DNA of 64,000 nucleotides, from positions 72,715,757 to 72,779,756 of the forward strand of contig NC_090380.1 of assembly GCF_036365525.1 (NCBI RefSeq), in the 5' to 3' direction. A program made the position numbers and the translations under genes. Within the stretch, counting starts at the first letter, position 1. The number at the start of each line of letters is the position of its first letter. This document shows positions 13,421 through 24,845 of the stretch, piece by piece. Origin of the DNA: Heterodontus francisci (lineage: Eukaryota). Below the pieces are notes generated by a model that was not told the DNA's origin, ran no database searches, and saw only the letters and a list, made by a program, of their open reading frames with translations.

Positions 13421-16400
13421 TGTTATGACCAGGTGAGAAAAGTGTCTAGGGGTCGGTCCCTCTCAGCCTTCACCTGGTCTTACTGTAACAGGGTTTAATT
13501 TTAAACACACCATGTTTTGAGCTAACCCTCGGTGAATCCTTGTTCACCACTTTCCAATTATAAGGCAAAGAAATGAGCACAGACAAGCTGTCTGAGGTTT
13601 AAAGAAGAAAAGTGAAATTTATTAAACTTAAACTCTAATTCGATTGACGCCTACGGCTACATGACGTGCCCACGCTATCATGCATACGCGATACACAGGC
13701 AAATAAGGACAGAAAAGTGCAGAAGAAAAATAAAGTGGAAAGGTTTGAGGCAATATCTGAAGAGTTTGTTACGGTTCTTCGAGCTCACTGCCAAGTCCTT
13801 TTGTAGGTTGATCTTGCTTTTCGTTGGGGCCCAGTATTCTTCTTAAACCTTGTTCACTGTAGGAGACTTTTCTCTCTTGGGGTTCATGTGTCCAAAGAAA
13901 GTCTTGGACTGGCAGACCTCATGGTCATCTGTCTGCAGTGATAATGCAGTCTCTTCTGGGGGAGCTGGTTTGATCATGGCCTCACACATTACACATTCAG
14001 GGACTCTGCAAGGGACCCTCTCCTGCCACTGCCCTGTCTCTCTGACCTCCTGTGGTCTTTCTTTCACTATTAGGGGGGCTACCACCTTCAATCCTGCCAA
14101 ATCATTACCTAGGAGCAGGTCAACCCCGTCCACAGGCAAACTAGGGACAATCCCTATGGTCACCGGTCCCAAAACTAGGTCGCAATCCAGGTGCACCCAG
14201 TGTACAGGTACAGGCATACACTGTCCTCCAATACCATTCACCACCATTTTGCTGTTCACTGCACTCTCTGGGGGAAATGTCAGGCCTTTTCCCAGTAAAA
14301 GGGATTGAGTGGCCCCTGTGTTCCTGAGAATCACTATGGGCTTGCTGGCCCCACTCGAGGGGTATGGGGTTACTTACCCTTCAAACACAAAACCCTGATA
14401 GCCTTCAGGAATCCTATTAGCTTTTCCTGCACTGGCCATAGTAAGCTTCCTGGGTTGCACTCTTACTGCAGTTAAAGCCACAGCATACTCTGCTGTGCTT
14501 TCCATCAGGGTCCTGTCTTCACTGAGCGGGTGTGCCATGATTAACCCTACTGGTTTTCCCTTTAGTTTCCAGCAGTCAGCTTTTAAATGCCCTACTTTAT
14601 TACAATGGAAGCACACAGGTCTCCGGGTCTCTCTCTTGCTCATAGCACCTTCCTTTTTAGCTGGAGGAGGGCCCCCTGTGTCTCCTGCTTTCCTTTCTCT
14701 TCCAGGACTGTCTGGGCTTCTATCGCCGTCCCACCTTTTGTCCTTTTCGGATTTGTGGGGGTGACTAGGAAAAGTTCTCCCCTAGGAAACCGACTTGTAA
14801 ATTAAAGCAAACTCATCGGCCAGAATGGCTGCCTGCCGGGCTCTCTGAACGCACTGCTCCTTTACATGGGCCTTTATTGAGAGTGGGAAAGAGTTTTTAC
14901 ATTATCTAAATTCCTCTAACAGAACTACTTCCCTGAGATTCTCATAGCAGAGCTGTACTTTAAGAGCCCTTAGCCACTGGTCAAAAGCCAGCAGATTACT
15001 TCTTTCAAACTCCAGATAAGTTTGATTAGCTTGCTTTTTGTGCATTCTAAACTTTTGGTGATAGGCTTCGGGTACTAATTCATATGTCCCAAGGATAGCA
15101 TTTTTTGTCAGTTCATAATTTGATGAACTCTCATCTGGCAAAAGGGAATAAACCTCATGGGCTTTTCCGGTTAGCTTGCTTTGCAGTAAAAAAGACCAGG
15201 TCTCAGCTGGCCATTTTAGCTGCCTTGCCAGTTTCTCAGAAGACACAAAAAATTCCTCCACATCTTCATTGAATTTTGGGATTAGTTGAGCGAGTTTTAG
15301 CAATTTTGTACCCAGCCCTGAATTATGCTCTTCCATATTGGCCATGCTTTCATTGGGGTTACTCTGTCGCCCCTTAGGTAACTCAAGCCGCTTCTGCTCT
15401 CATTCTTTGGATTCTTTCTGGAATATTGCTTCTCTCTCTCTCTCCTCTCTCACTCTCGTTCCTTCTCCTGTCTTTCTCTCTCTCTGCCCTCCCTTTTTCT
15501 TCACGTTCTTTCTGGAAGGCTCTCTCTTTCTCCCTCTCCTGTCTCTCTTTCTCTTTCCTCAAATTCAAGTTTCCTCTGTTCCAGTTGTATCTTTGCTAAC
15601 ACTCCCCTATCGGAGTCTGCTTCTAACCCTGTTTCTGCTTCTTCAGATTCAAGGGAAAAATGGTTGGCCACTAGCCTTAGGAGTTCAGACTTTCTAGCCT
15701 TGCCACGTACAGTGACCCCACACTGCTCAGCCATTTTCCTCAACTCCTCCATAGACAGCGCTTTTAACTTATACCAAGTTACTTCATGCTGGCTTGGAGA
15801 GCTACGAGCTTCAGTTGTAGACATGTTAGTATTTAATCACACACAAGCACAAGAAAACCTGAATTGAAACCTTGCTCTTTTTTGCTTGGGAACAATTTGG
15901 CTTCCCACTTCCAATTTCTCTCGTTTGTCTGTGGGTCAATTCCAGACACTAACACCCAAATTTCTGATAAAACCAGGTGAGAAAGGTGTCTCGGGGTCCC
16001 TCTCACCCTTTACCTGGTCTTACTGTAGTCTTCTTTTGGGCCTCCTTATCTCGAGAGACAATGGATACGCGCCTGGAGGTGGTCAGTGGTTTGTGAAGCA
16101 GCGCCTGGAGTGGCTATAAAGGCCAATTCTGGAGTAACAGGCTCTTCCACAGGTGCTGCAGAGAAATTTGTTTGTTGGGGCTGTTGCACAGTTGGCTCTC
16201 CCCTTGCGCCTCTGTCTTTTTTCCTGCCAACTACTAAGTCTCTTCGACTCGCCACAATTTAGCCCTGTCTTTATGGCTGCCCGCCAGCTCTGGCGAATGC
16301 TGGCAACTGACTCCCACGACTTGTGATCAATGTCACACGATTTCATGTCGCGTTTGCAGACGTCTTTATAACGGAGACATGGACGGCCGGTGGGTCTGAT

Positions 16401-17428
16401 ACCAGTGGCGAGCTCGCTGTACAATGTGTCTTTGGGGATCCTGCCATCTTCCATGCGGCTCACATGGCCAAGCCATCTCAAGCGCCGCTGACTCAGTAGT
16501 GTGTATAAGCTGGGGATGTTGGCCGCTTCAAGGACTTCTGTGTTGGAGATATAGTCCTGCCACCTGATGCCAAGTATTCTCCGAAGGCAGCGAAGATGGA
16601 ATGAATTGAGACGTCGCTCTTGGCTGGCATACGTTGTCCAGGCCTCGCTGCCGTAGAGCAAGGTGCTGAGGACACAGGCCTGATACACTCGGACTTTTGT
16701 GTTCCGTGTCAGTGCGCCATTTTCCCACACTGTAGTAGGGTTTGATTTTAAACACACTGTGTTTTGAGCTCCCCCTTGGTGAATTCTTGTTCACTGCTTT
16801 CAAGGCAAGGAAATGAACACAAACAGGCTTGCTTAGGTTAAAGAAGAAAAGTGGAAGTTATTAAACTTAAACTGTAATTCGGTTGACACCTGATGATCCA
16901 CAACGAGCTCACGCTAGCATGCATATGCAATACACACATGCAAATAGAGACAGAAAAGAGCAGAAAAAAATAAAGTGGATCGGTTTGAGGCAAAATCTGA
17001 AGAGTGTTATGGTTCTTCAAGCTCACTGTAGTCCTTTTGTAGGTTGATCTTGCTTTTTGTAGGGGTGCAGTATTCTTCTTAAACCTTATTCACTGCAGGA
17101 GACTTTTCTCTCGGGGTTCATGTGTCTTCCGTGGATTTCAGTTCCGTGAGAAAGAGATGGAAGCAGACAGGAGGAGAAGAGGTCTTTTCACTCAAGAGCA
17201 CAGAGTTTTCTGCCAGTTCAAAAACTGGTTTGACCAAGTATTTTTTGTGTATTGTATGGGAAAAGGGGATAGCTCCTTTGTTCCAACACTGTCTGCTAAT
17301 ATGCAAAATTCTCTTTCCAGCCAGGGGCCTTGGCAATTCGTTGTAATAGGCCTTCTCCTTCCAGGGACAATTTGAAATTTAATATCCATGTGCGAAATTA
17401 ATGTGCCTCATTCTTGGCCTGCATGAGA
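13421..17428 (-). mobile_element. Gypsy (Gmr1-like) LTR retrotransposon relic: two LTRs, gag with SCAN-like capsid and CCHC knuckle, dead protease, pol deleted
   Basis: LTR sequence repeated at 13421-~13890 and 15965-~17428. Gag fragments IPKFNEDVEEFF...WP...LTGKA, YELVPEAYHQKFR...LREVVLLEEF and CFHCNKVGHLKADC. Protease ILRNTGATQS (DTG to NTG). Decayed PBS-like TTGGGTGTTAGTGTCTGGAAT next to the 5' LTR. Confidence 0.88.
16030..16728 (-). mobile_element. Young 5'-truncated RTE LINE inserted in the Gypsy LTR
   Basis: 8-bp TSD ACTGTAGT at 16022-16029 and 16729-16736. Open frame, nearly identical to the 3' part of the RTE at 58040-60203. Confidence 0.95.
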
Positions 17429-17700
17429 ATGTCAATTTATCCAATTAAATTAATGACGTGATCCTCCATGGTCAGCAGATTTCTGGATAGTTGGAAAAGT
17501 TCTTCCAACTCTCAGAAATTCATAGACAAAATGGATTTTGCAATAGATTATCCAAAACAGGGACCTGGTTTCACAAAGAGTAAACTGCATTTCTGAGGCC
17601 AACTTTATTAAAGGAAAAGACATTCCTCGCATGAAACAGGAACTGAAGTTGCTTTGGTCTCGTAAGGTCTGTTCTTTCACATCAGTGTTACCGATAAAGC
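17429..17700 (+). promoter_or_regulatory. Candidate proximal promoter/5'UTR of the VJ receptor
   Basis: Unique sequence between the end of the Gypsy LTR (~17428) and the ATG. It contains ACAGGAACTGAAG at ~17636-17648, an Ets core resembling an Ets-IRF composite site. No clear TATA box. Confidence 0.4.
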
Positions 17701-17734
17701 ATGATGATTGCTACATTGCTCTTGTTTTCAGTCT
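17701..17734 (+). CDS. Leader (signal peptide) exon of the VJ receptor
   Basis: aagcATGATG encodes hydrophobic MMIATLLLFSV and ends at a consensus donor T|GTAAGT in phase 1. A 136-nt intron separates it from the V exon. Confidence 0.85.
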
Positions 17735-20700
17735 GTAAGTATATCGATTCTATATATAAGTAGTATATAAAATTAATCAGATTTTGATACCGACAGGTTT
17801 AATATAACTTGACACTATGTTAAGACATTTTAAATATCTTTATAACTTTAATGAGGTTGTATTGTAATAGGTGCTGCCACTAGATTAGAGCTGCAACAAT
17901 CTCCTCTCGCACTCTGGCTGCACGAAGGCCAGTCTGCCCATTTGGACTGCATTCTACAATCCGAGGGCAAGGTAGTAAATGGCAGTTTTTATTGGCATGT
18001 TCGTGAAGTGAAGTCTGGTGAAACGCCTGTGAGAAATATCAGTACCGAGCCAGAAGATGATCGTATCAATGTGTCCAGTAACAAAGCATCTGATTTCAAC
18101 AGCTCATTGATAATTAAAGACTTTCACATTACTGACACGGGTGTGTATTATTGCAACATCATTATTCACGAACATTTACTTTCGAGGACGATCAGAGGCG
18201 CTGGGACTCATCTGTTTATTCAAGGTAAGGGATGTTGCGGAACTGCGTATTGTTCGGGTTAGGCATTGGAATCGCCATTAAGGAGGCATATGTTGTAGGA
18301 CTGCAATTGCATGTACGAATGGTCGTGGGCTGCAGTGGGTATGAGCAGCCTCATCAGTGGTCCTTAAAGGGGTCATTAGAGGCTGCTTCAAAAACAGCTT
18401 GAAACAGTTTTTTCCACTTTTCAGCACTCCACTCAATATGTCCATCTATCCGGACATAACTTCACTAACAAATTCGTGTTTTCTTTTATACCCTTCAGCC
18501 ATAGTTTACTCGTTCCTAGAGTTCATTCCGAATCTCTACTGTTTTGAGTTTAACTAATAGCCTTTTATATGGTACTCCCAAGTAGGAAGAAAGATAGAAT
18601 CAAATATAAACAGATACGGAAACGATGAGCGCATTACCACCAGGGAAATGTATATAACGACCAAGACGAGTTACTACTTTTGGGAAGTTATTTTGAATGT
18701 AATCTGTAGTTGTGTATAAATGAGGTTATTACTTTTGAGAATGTCTACAACATGAAAAGATAATGGAACTACAACAGCAGAAAAGGACATTTGGGTGACA
18801 TTACCCATTCCTTTCAATGAAACGTATGCAATCACAGTCTCAGATCATGGAATCAGAGAATAGCTACATGTGACTAGTGGTGTTCCACTGGGATCAGTGC
18901 TGGGACCTTTGCTGTTTGTAGTATATATAAATGATTTGGAGGAAAATGTAGCTGGTGTGATTAGTAAGTTTGCGGACGACACAAAGGTTGGTGTTGTTGC
19001 GGATAATGATGAGGATCGTCAGAGGATACAGCAGGATATAGATCGGTTGGAGACTTGGGTGGAGAAATGGCAGATGGAGTTTAATCCGGACAAATGTGAG
19101 GTAATGCATATTGGAAGGTCTAATGCAGGTGGGAGGTATACAGTAAATGGCAGAACCCTTAGGAGTATTGACAGGCAGAGAGATCTGGGCGTACAGGTCC
19201 ACAGGTCACTGAAAGTGGCAACGCAGGTGGATAAGGTAATCAAGAAGGCATTCGGCATGCTTGCCTTCATCGGTCGGGGCATAGAATATAAAAATTGGCA
19301 AGTCATGTTGCAGTTGTACAGAACCTTAGTTAGGCCACACTTAGAATATTGCATGCAATTCTGGTCGCCACACTACCAGAAGGACGTGGAGGCTTTGGAG
19401 AGGGTACAGAGGAGGTTTACCAGGATGGTGCCTGGTCTGGAGGGCATTAGCTATGAGGAGAGGTTGGAAAAACTCGGATTGTTTTCACTGGAACGACGGA
19501 GGTGGAGGGGCGACATGATAGAGGTTTACAGAGTTATGAGCGGCATGGACAGAGTGGATAGTAGAAGCTTTTTCCCAGGGTGGAAGAGTCAGTTACTAGG
19601 GGACATAGTTTTAAGGTGCGAGGGGCAAAGTTTAGAGGGGATGTGCGAGGCAGGTTTTTTTTACACAGAGGGTGGTGAGTGCCTGGAACTTGCTGCCAGG
19701 GGAGGTGGTGGAAGCAGATACGATAGCGACGTTTAAGAGACATCTTGACAAATATATGAATAGGAAGGGAATAGAGGGATATGGGCCCCGGAAGTGCAGA
19801 AGGTGTTAGTTTCAGCAGGCATCAAGATTGGCGCAGGCTTGGAGGGCCGAATGGCCTGTTCCTGTGCTGCACTGTTCTTTGTTCTTTGATACAATTCTAA
19901 AGGGGGTGCAGGAACACAGAGGCCTGGGGACATATGTACACAAATTGTTGAAGGTGGCAGGGCAGGTTGAGGAAGTAGTTGAAAAAGGCATACGGGAGCC
20001 ACACCATGTGGATTTCCTCTGAAAAGAGAAGTTGGTTCTTTGAAAAAAAGAATTCTTTGAGGAACTGGCAGGCCAGTACATTTCCCAAATCATTGCACTG
20101 AGGTCCAGCAGAGACCTATTTTTGCCATTCCTGTAAAATCGATACTTTGGTCTTATGCTGACCATCTGTTGAATAGATAAATTGCTTTTTTAGATGAAAC
20201 ATTAATAGGTCATGCTTTTCAGTATGTATTTATTTATTTGTGGTTACCGCAGCAATGGAATTGAAATCCTGCCTTTTATCAAAATGATCAAATATTTACG
20301 GCTGAAAGTTTGTTTTTGAATAATTCACTTTCTAAAGTCTTTTTTTTTACAGATGTTGATCACAAGTATGATTCAATTAAAAGTAGGTGCATTATATTTT
20401 TATTTTTCATTTCCCCATTGGAATTAACTCTTTAAGGTTAATCATAACTAATGTGGTAGATGGAAATTTCAGAAGTGAGAATGAGCAGGAATATTAGAGA
20501 TAGGAAGGGACAAGAAGAACTTGAAGATTTGGAAAGCAACGATGATAAAATTGTCAACAAATCCCTTTGGAATAATTTTTTTGTTTACTAAGTGAGCTAT
20601 TACTCCTTTAAAAATAATGTAGAACAATCTGTATTATTGTGATAGACCTATAATTCCTTCCCAATTCACACAGAGCAAGTTACTGGAACCTGGACCAATT

Positions 20701-20879
20701 ACAGATTGTCCTTCTTCTCTAGTTTGCTCCAAATTATTACACCTACAGAATTACATTTGATCCAATACGATTATATTGCAGATTGCAGGACCATTCTGAA
20801 TAATCTCCTGTCAGTCATCCGCTATATTTTGTTTCTTCTGCTCATGTGTTACTTCATACTCGTTGAGAAATTCTACTAA
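17701..20879 (+). CDS. Spliced gene join(17701..17734,17871..18224,20353..20382,20782..20879): 171-aa single VJ-type Ig-domain, Arg-transmembrane receptor, NKp30/NCR3-like
   Basis: All three introns are GT-AG and phase 1, and the frame stays open from ATG 17701 to TAA 20877-20879 (34+354+30+98=516 nt). Protein: MMIATLLLFSVC AATRLELQQSPLALWLHEGQSAHLDCILQSEGKVVNGSFYWHVREVKSGETPVRNISTEPEDDRINVSSNKASDFNSSLIIKDFHITDTGVYYCNIIIHEHLLSRTIRGAGTHLFIQ DVDHKYDSIK NCRTILNNLLSVIRYILFLLLMCYFILVEKFY*. The family call is from motif resemblance only. Confidence 0.8.
17871..18224 (+). CDS. Ig V-set exon with intrinsic J-like G strand (VJ-type, non-rearranging)
   Basis: Acceptor taatag|, donor CAAG|GTAAGG, 354 nt, phase 1-1. 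Motifs: QQSP in strand A, B-strand Cys (LDC), C-strand Trp (GSFYW), DTGVYYC, diglycine bulge GAGTHLFI, four N-glycosylation sequons (NGS, NIS, NVS, NSS). No CACAGTG heptamer after YYC. Confidence 0.93.
18869..20000 (+). mobile_element. CR1 LINE fragments in intron 2 of the VJ receptor gene
   Basis: GVPLGSVLGPLLF, KFADDTK, RPHLEYCMQFWSP and 3' UTR, followed by a second short CR1 piece. Confidence 0.92.
20353..20382 (+). CDS. 30-nt stalk micro-exon of the VJ receptor (DVDHKYDSIK)
   Basis: Strong acceptor tcttttttttttacag|, donor AA|GTAGGT, symmetric phase 1-1, frame open. Confidence 0.7.
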
Positions 20880-20892
20880 ATGTGAAACAAAG
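20782..20892 (+). CDS. Transmembrane/stop exon of the VJ receptor (Cys in stalk, Arg in TM, EKFY tail)
   Basis: Acceptor attgcag| in phase 1 gives NCRTILNNLLSVIRYILFLLLMCYFILVEKFY*. The Arg codon CGC is at 20820-20822 and the stop at 20877-20879. A strong donor AAG|GTATGT at 20892/20893 implies a further non-coding 3' exon, which I could not locate. Confidence 0.8.
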
Positions 20893-21249
20893 GTATGTAA
20901 ATACACCATATTCAAAATGATGCCTGACACGTTCAGGGGTTTTCACTCCTTCATGTTACTTAATTTTAGAAAGAAGTTATCGAACCTCCTTTCTCCATTT
21001 GAGGAAAAGGCTGAAACAGGTCTTTTTAAATTTCTGACACCCACGGTTTTTGACACCATACGCTATCCTCCTCCATTACGTTTTCTCTGTTATCTAGCTC
21101 TTTCTGTGATTCTGTCCTCCTGTGATTCCATTCCTACCACCCAGCATATCTCCAGCATTGACCTATCTTCATGCTCCTGTCGCTAACTCTGGAGTCTCCC
21201 AAGGATTTATTTTTGTTCCTTTCCTGTTCCTCACCTACATGGTTCCTCT

Positions 21250-21780
21250 TGGTAACGTCATCCATGGATGTTGGTCAGCTTTCATTTGCTGACAACATCC
21301 ACATCTATCTTTCCGCCACTTTTTTCAAGCTTGTCACCACCTCTATGCGATCAGACTGCCTTTCTGACATTAAGTCATGCATGGATCATAATTTCCTCCA
21401 ACTGAATATCTGAAAGAATGAAGCCATCATGTTGGGTCCTGCTATAAATCCCATTCTTCGACTGCATTGGTGTCAATTCCACTCCACTATCTCAGGCTAA
21501 ATCAGGTCATGCAAAATGTTGAAGTTTTATTTACCCCAGAGCAGAACTTCAAATCTCAAATCCCACCAAGAATGTTCAATGTGCAGCAGTTTTTCCCTCC
21601 ATCCTACCTCACTCCCAATGCCAAAAACACCCTTAGCTGTGCGTTTTCCAACTCTATTTTTGATTACTTTAGTGTCCTTTTCACTAGCCTCATATTCTCC
21701 ACCCTTTATAAACTCAGCTATCTGTATCCTATCCTACTCATCCACCACCCCTTTCCTCACAGACCACATTAGTTCCCTGT
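21250..21780 (+). mobile_element. Old L2-type LINE fragment
   Basis: SFADNIHIYLS...SDCLSDIKSCMDHNFLQLNI matches the L2 RT pattern YADDTQLY...CL.DI..WM..NFLQLN. Confidence 0.7.
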
Positions 21781-22566
21781 AGCCCAAAATATTTATTATG
21801 TATGAAAAATGATGCACGGTCACAGCATTGATATGATGTTATGCCTATATGTGTCACTGTGAATGTTACGTCTAACATCATGTGACGGTGACTCAACTGA
21901 ACAAAAAAATTTCACTTGAAGTAATGCAAAGAAATGGAATTGCAGGCAAAAGCAAAGGTGCAATAGCGAAATAATGAACCAAAGACCAAACACAGAGCTC
22001 TCTATACGCACTGAAACCATATGTAGAAAAACCCCAAATTGCATTCAAAAGAAGAATAAGTATCCAGCCCTCATTGAGCAGCTTTATGACAATGACTACC
22101 CCTCTCATTGAAAAAGCTTTGTGACAACTAGAACCTCATTTCCCTCCACTGAGCACCTTTCCAATAGTGTCCTCCCCTTCTGAGCAGATTTTGGACAATA
22201 AGCCCCCATCAATAACTTTCAATAACTTGAACCCCTCCTCCACACTGAGCATTTTTTACTCACTACCTTCCTCTAAATAAAAACATAGGAACATAAGTAA
22301 TGGGAACATCAGTGGGAAACAGTCCATCAAACCTGCTCCGCCTGGCTGAACTTCTACCTTGACTCCACTTTCCCACACTATCTCCATATCCCTTAATCAT
22401 ATCCCTTGATTCCCTTAGTGCCCAAAAATCTACTGATCTTAGTTTTGAATATATTCATTGACATCCACAGTACTCTGGGGTAGAGAATTCAAAGATTCCT
22501 AACACTTTCTGTGAAAAAATTTCTCCCCATATTAATTCTTAATGATCTACCCCGATCTGAAACTTA

Positions 22567-23339
22567 GGCCAGAAAGTTACCCCTCCCCCAAGAGCGGGCT
22601 GGGGGAGGGGGTTGGGGCAGTGTGTTAAATTGAGTGGGAGGTTGGGATGGGGGTTGGGGGCGGGGTGCCGTTGCCGTTGTCTATTCGCCCCCAATGCCAT
22701 TTTACCAGCGACAGGAGAGGTGGAATATGGCCAGCCTGCCCCATGCCAATTGAGGCCCTTAAGTGGCCAATTAATTGCCACTTAAGGATCTGCTCCTGCT
22801 GCTGCTGGTATATTACCCAGCGGTGGCCAGGCTCTTTGTCAGCCAAGGAGACCATCTGGTAATACCTGGCGGCCTCCTTGCGGGCTGGAGGGGGCCCTCC
22901 TGATCAGACATCCTGTGTCCCACAGAGAGCACCCCCAGTGACGCAACCTGTCTTCGTTGGAGCACCTCCCTCTACCCTCTTGATTGACTCCCCCACAGCC
23001 TCGCCAGGGCTCAGCCAATTGTCCCCGGCAAGGCCCCAATCCCCATTCACTCGTTCCAAGGGCGGCATCCATGCTGCTCCTCTCACTGGGTGCAATCCCA
23101 GCAGTGGCCACTGCTCCTGGTGGCACTGCTGGGACTGATGTGCTTCCAGCCTGTTGATTGGCCGGCAGCTCTTGGAGGCGGGACTTCCTGTTTCACAGGG
23201 GCACAAGTCCCAATCAAGGCCAATTAAGGGCCTGGGCCGTGTAAAATCACAGCATGGCTTCCAGGCCTGGTGGAGGCAGGCTTGGCCCTGACTTTTCAGC
23301 CAGAGGGTGGGGCCTCCTCCACAATGTAAAATTCCAGCC
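22567..23339. mobile_element. PIF/Harbinger-type MITE
   Basis: Imperfect TIRs GGCCAGAAAGTTAC / GTAAAATTCCAGCC flanked by a TTA TSD (22564-22566 and 23340-23342). Non-coding. Confidence 0.8.
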
Positions 23340-23832
23340 TTAGTTCTAGCCTCTCAGCATCTACCCTGTCAAGACCCTTAGAATTTTATACACTTCAATG
23401 AGACGTCTTCCCATTCTTCTAAAGTCCAGGGAATATAGGCCCATTCAACATAATCTTTCCTCATAGGACAACCCTCTCATCACAGAAATCAGTCTAGTAA
23501 ATGTGCTTTGCACCCCATCTAAGGCAAGCAGAGGCTTTCTTAGGTAAGGAGACCAAAACTGTACACAGTATTCCAGATGTAGTCTCACCAAACCCCTTGT
23601 AATTGCAGCAAGACTTACTACTCTAGCCACCTTGCAATAAAGGCAAACACATAATTTGTCATCCTAATTGCTTGCTGTAAATGCATGTTAACTTACTATG
23701 ATTGTGTACAAGGACACCCAAAAATTTCTGAATACCAACATTAACTAGTCTCTCACCTTTGAAAAAAAAATTCTGCTTTTCCATTCTTCCTACCAAAGTG
23801 GATAATTTCATACTTCCCCACATTATACTACA

Positions 23833-24214
23833 TTAGATTAGATTTTAGATTAGATTAGAGATACAGCACTGAAACAGGCCCTTCGGCCCACCAAGTCTGT
23901 GCCGAACATCAACCACCCATTTATACTAATCCTACACTAATCCCATATTCCTACCAAACATCCCCACCTGTCCCTATATTTCCCTGTCCCTATATTTCCC
24001 TACCACCTACCTATACTAGTGACAATTTATAATGGCCAATTTACCTATCAACCTGCAAGTCTTTTGGCTTGTGGGAGGAAACCGGAGCACCCGGAGAAAA
24101 CCCACGCAGACACAGGGAGAACTTGCAAACTCCACACAGGCAGTACCCGGAATCGAACCCGGGTCCCTGGAGCTGTGAGGCTGCGGTGCTAACCACTGCG
24201 CCACTGTGCCGCCC
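23833..24214 (-). mobile_element. Full-length tRNA-derived V-SINE (HE1-like)
   Basis: A box TGGCGCAGTGG, B box GGTTCGATTCC, V-core GTCTGCGTGGGTTTTCTCCGGGTGCTCCGGTTTCCTCCCAC, CR1-like 3' end, (CTAAT)n tail. Confidence 0.92.
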
Positions 24215-24845
24215 TTCCACTTCCTTGCCCAATCCCTTTGCAACCTCTTTGCATCCTCACCACAGCTGATTTTCCCACCTAACTTTGTATTGTCAGCAAT
24301 ATTACACTCGGTCGCACAGTCTAAATTATTGATATAGATTGTAATAGCTGAGGTCCAAGCGCTGCTCTTTGTGATACTTCATTAGTTATATCCTGCCGTC
24401 CTGAAAATGACCTATTTATTTCTACTCTGTTTTCTTTCCATTAATCAGTCCTCCAATCATGCTAATACATTACCCCTAATCCCATGAGTCCTAATCTTGT
24501 GCAATAACCTCTTGTGTAGCCTTTTGAAAATCCAAATATACTAAATACACTGATACTGCTCATTTACCCTGCTATTTACATCCTCAAAAATCTCTATTAG
24601 ATTTGTCAAACACAATTTTCCTTTCGTGAAACTGTGTTAATTCTGCCTAATTACATAATGATTTTCCCAAGTGCTTGGTTACCTTATCCTGAGCAATAAA
24701 TTCTAGCATTTCCCTACTACTGATGTCAGGCTGTTTTCTCTTTCCCTCCTTTCTTGAACAGCAGGGTTATATTTGTTACCTTCCAATCCACAGGGAATGT
24801 TCTAGAATCTCGGGAATTCTGGAAGATCGAACCAATGTATCCACT

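Larger units (their letters stand above)
22283..24845 (-). mobile_element. Degenerate CR1 LINE with nested MITE and SINE; probably resumes at 35690-36148
   Basis: LVRLHLEYCVQFWSPYL and DWKVTNITLLFKKG on the minus strand. The endonuclease part (SVWMELRN..GIVYKPPN) reappears at 35803-36039. Confidence 0.8.

Noticed and set aside
17871-18300. Rearranging Ig/TCR V segment or germline-joined Ig light chain
   Set aside because: No RSS heptamer/nonamer after YYC, no FGxG/WGxG aromatic, no C1 exon found, and the V splices in frame to a stalk and TM.
21821-21910. RSS-like pieces (CACAGCA, CACTGTG, ACAAAAAAA)
   Set aside because: Heptamer-nonamer spacing and orientation do not fit 12/23, and there is no adjacent gene segment.
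24140-24214. tRNA gene
   Set aside because: The A and B boxes belong to the head of a V-SINE. The same applies to 50335-50405 (DeuSINE head).
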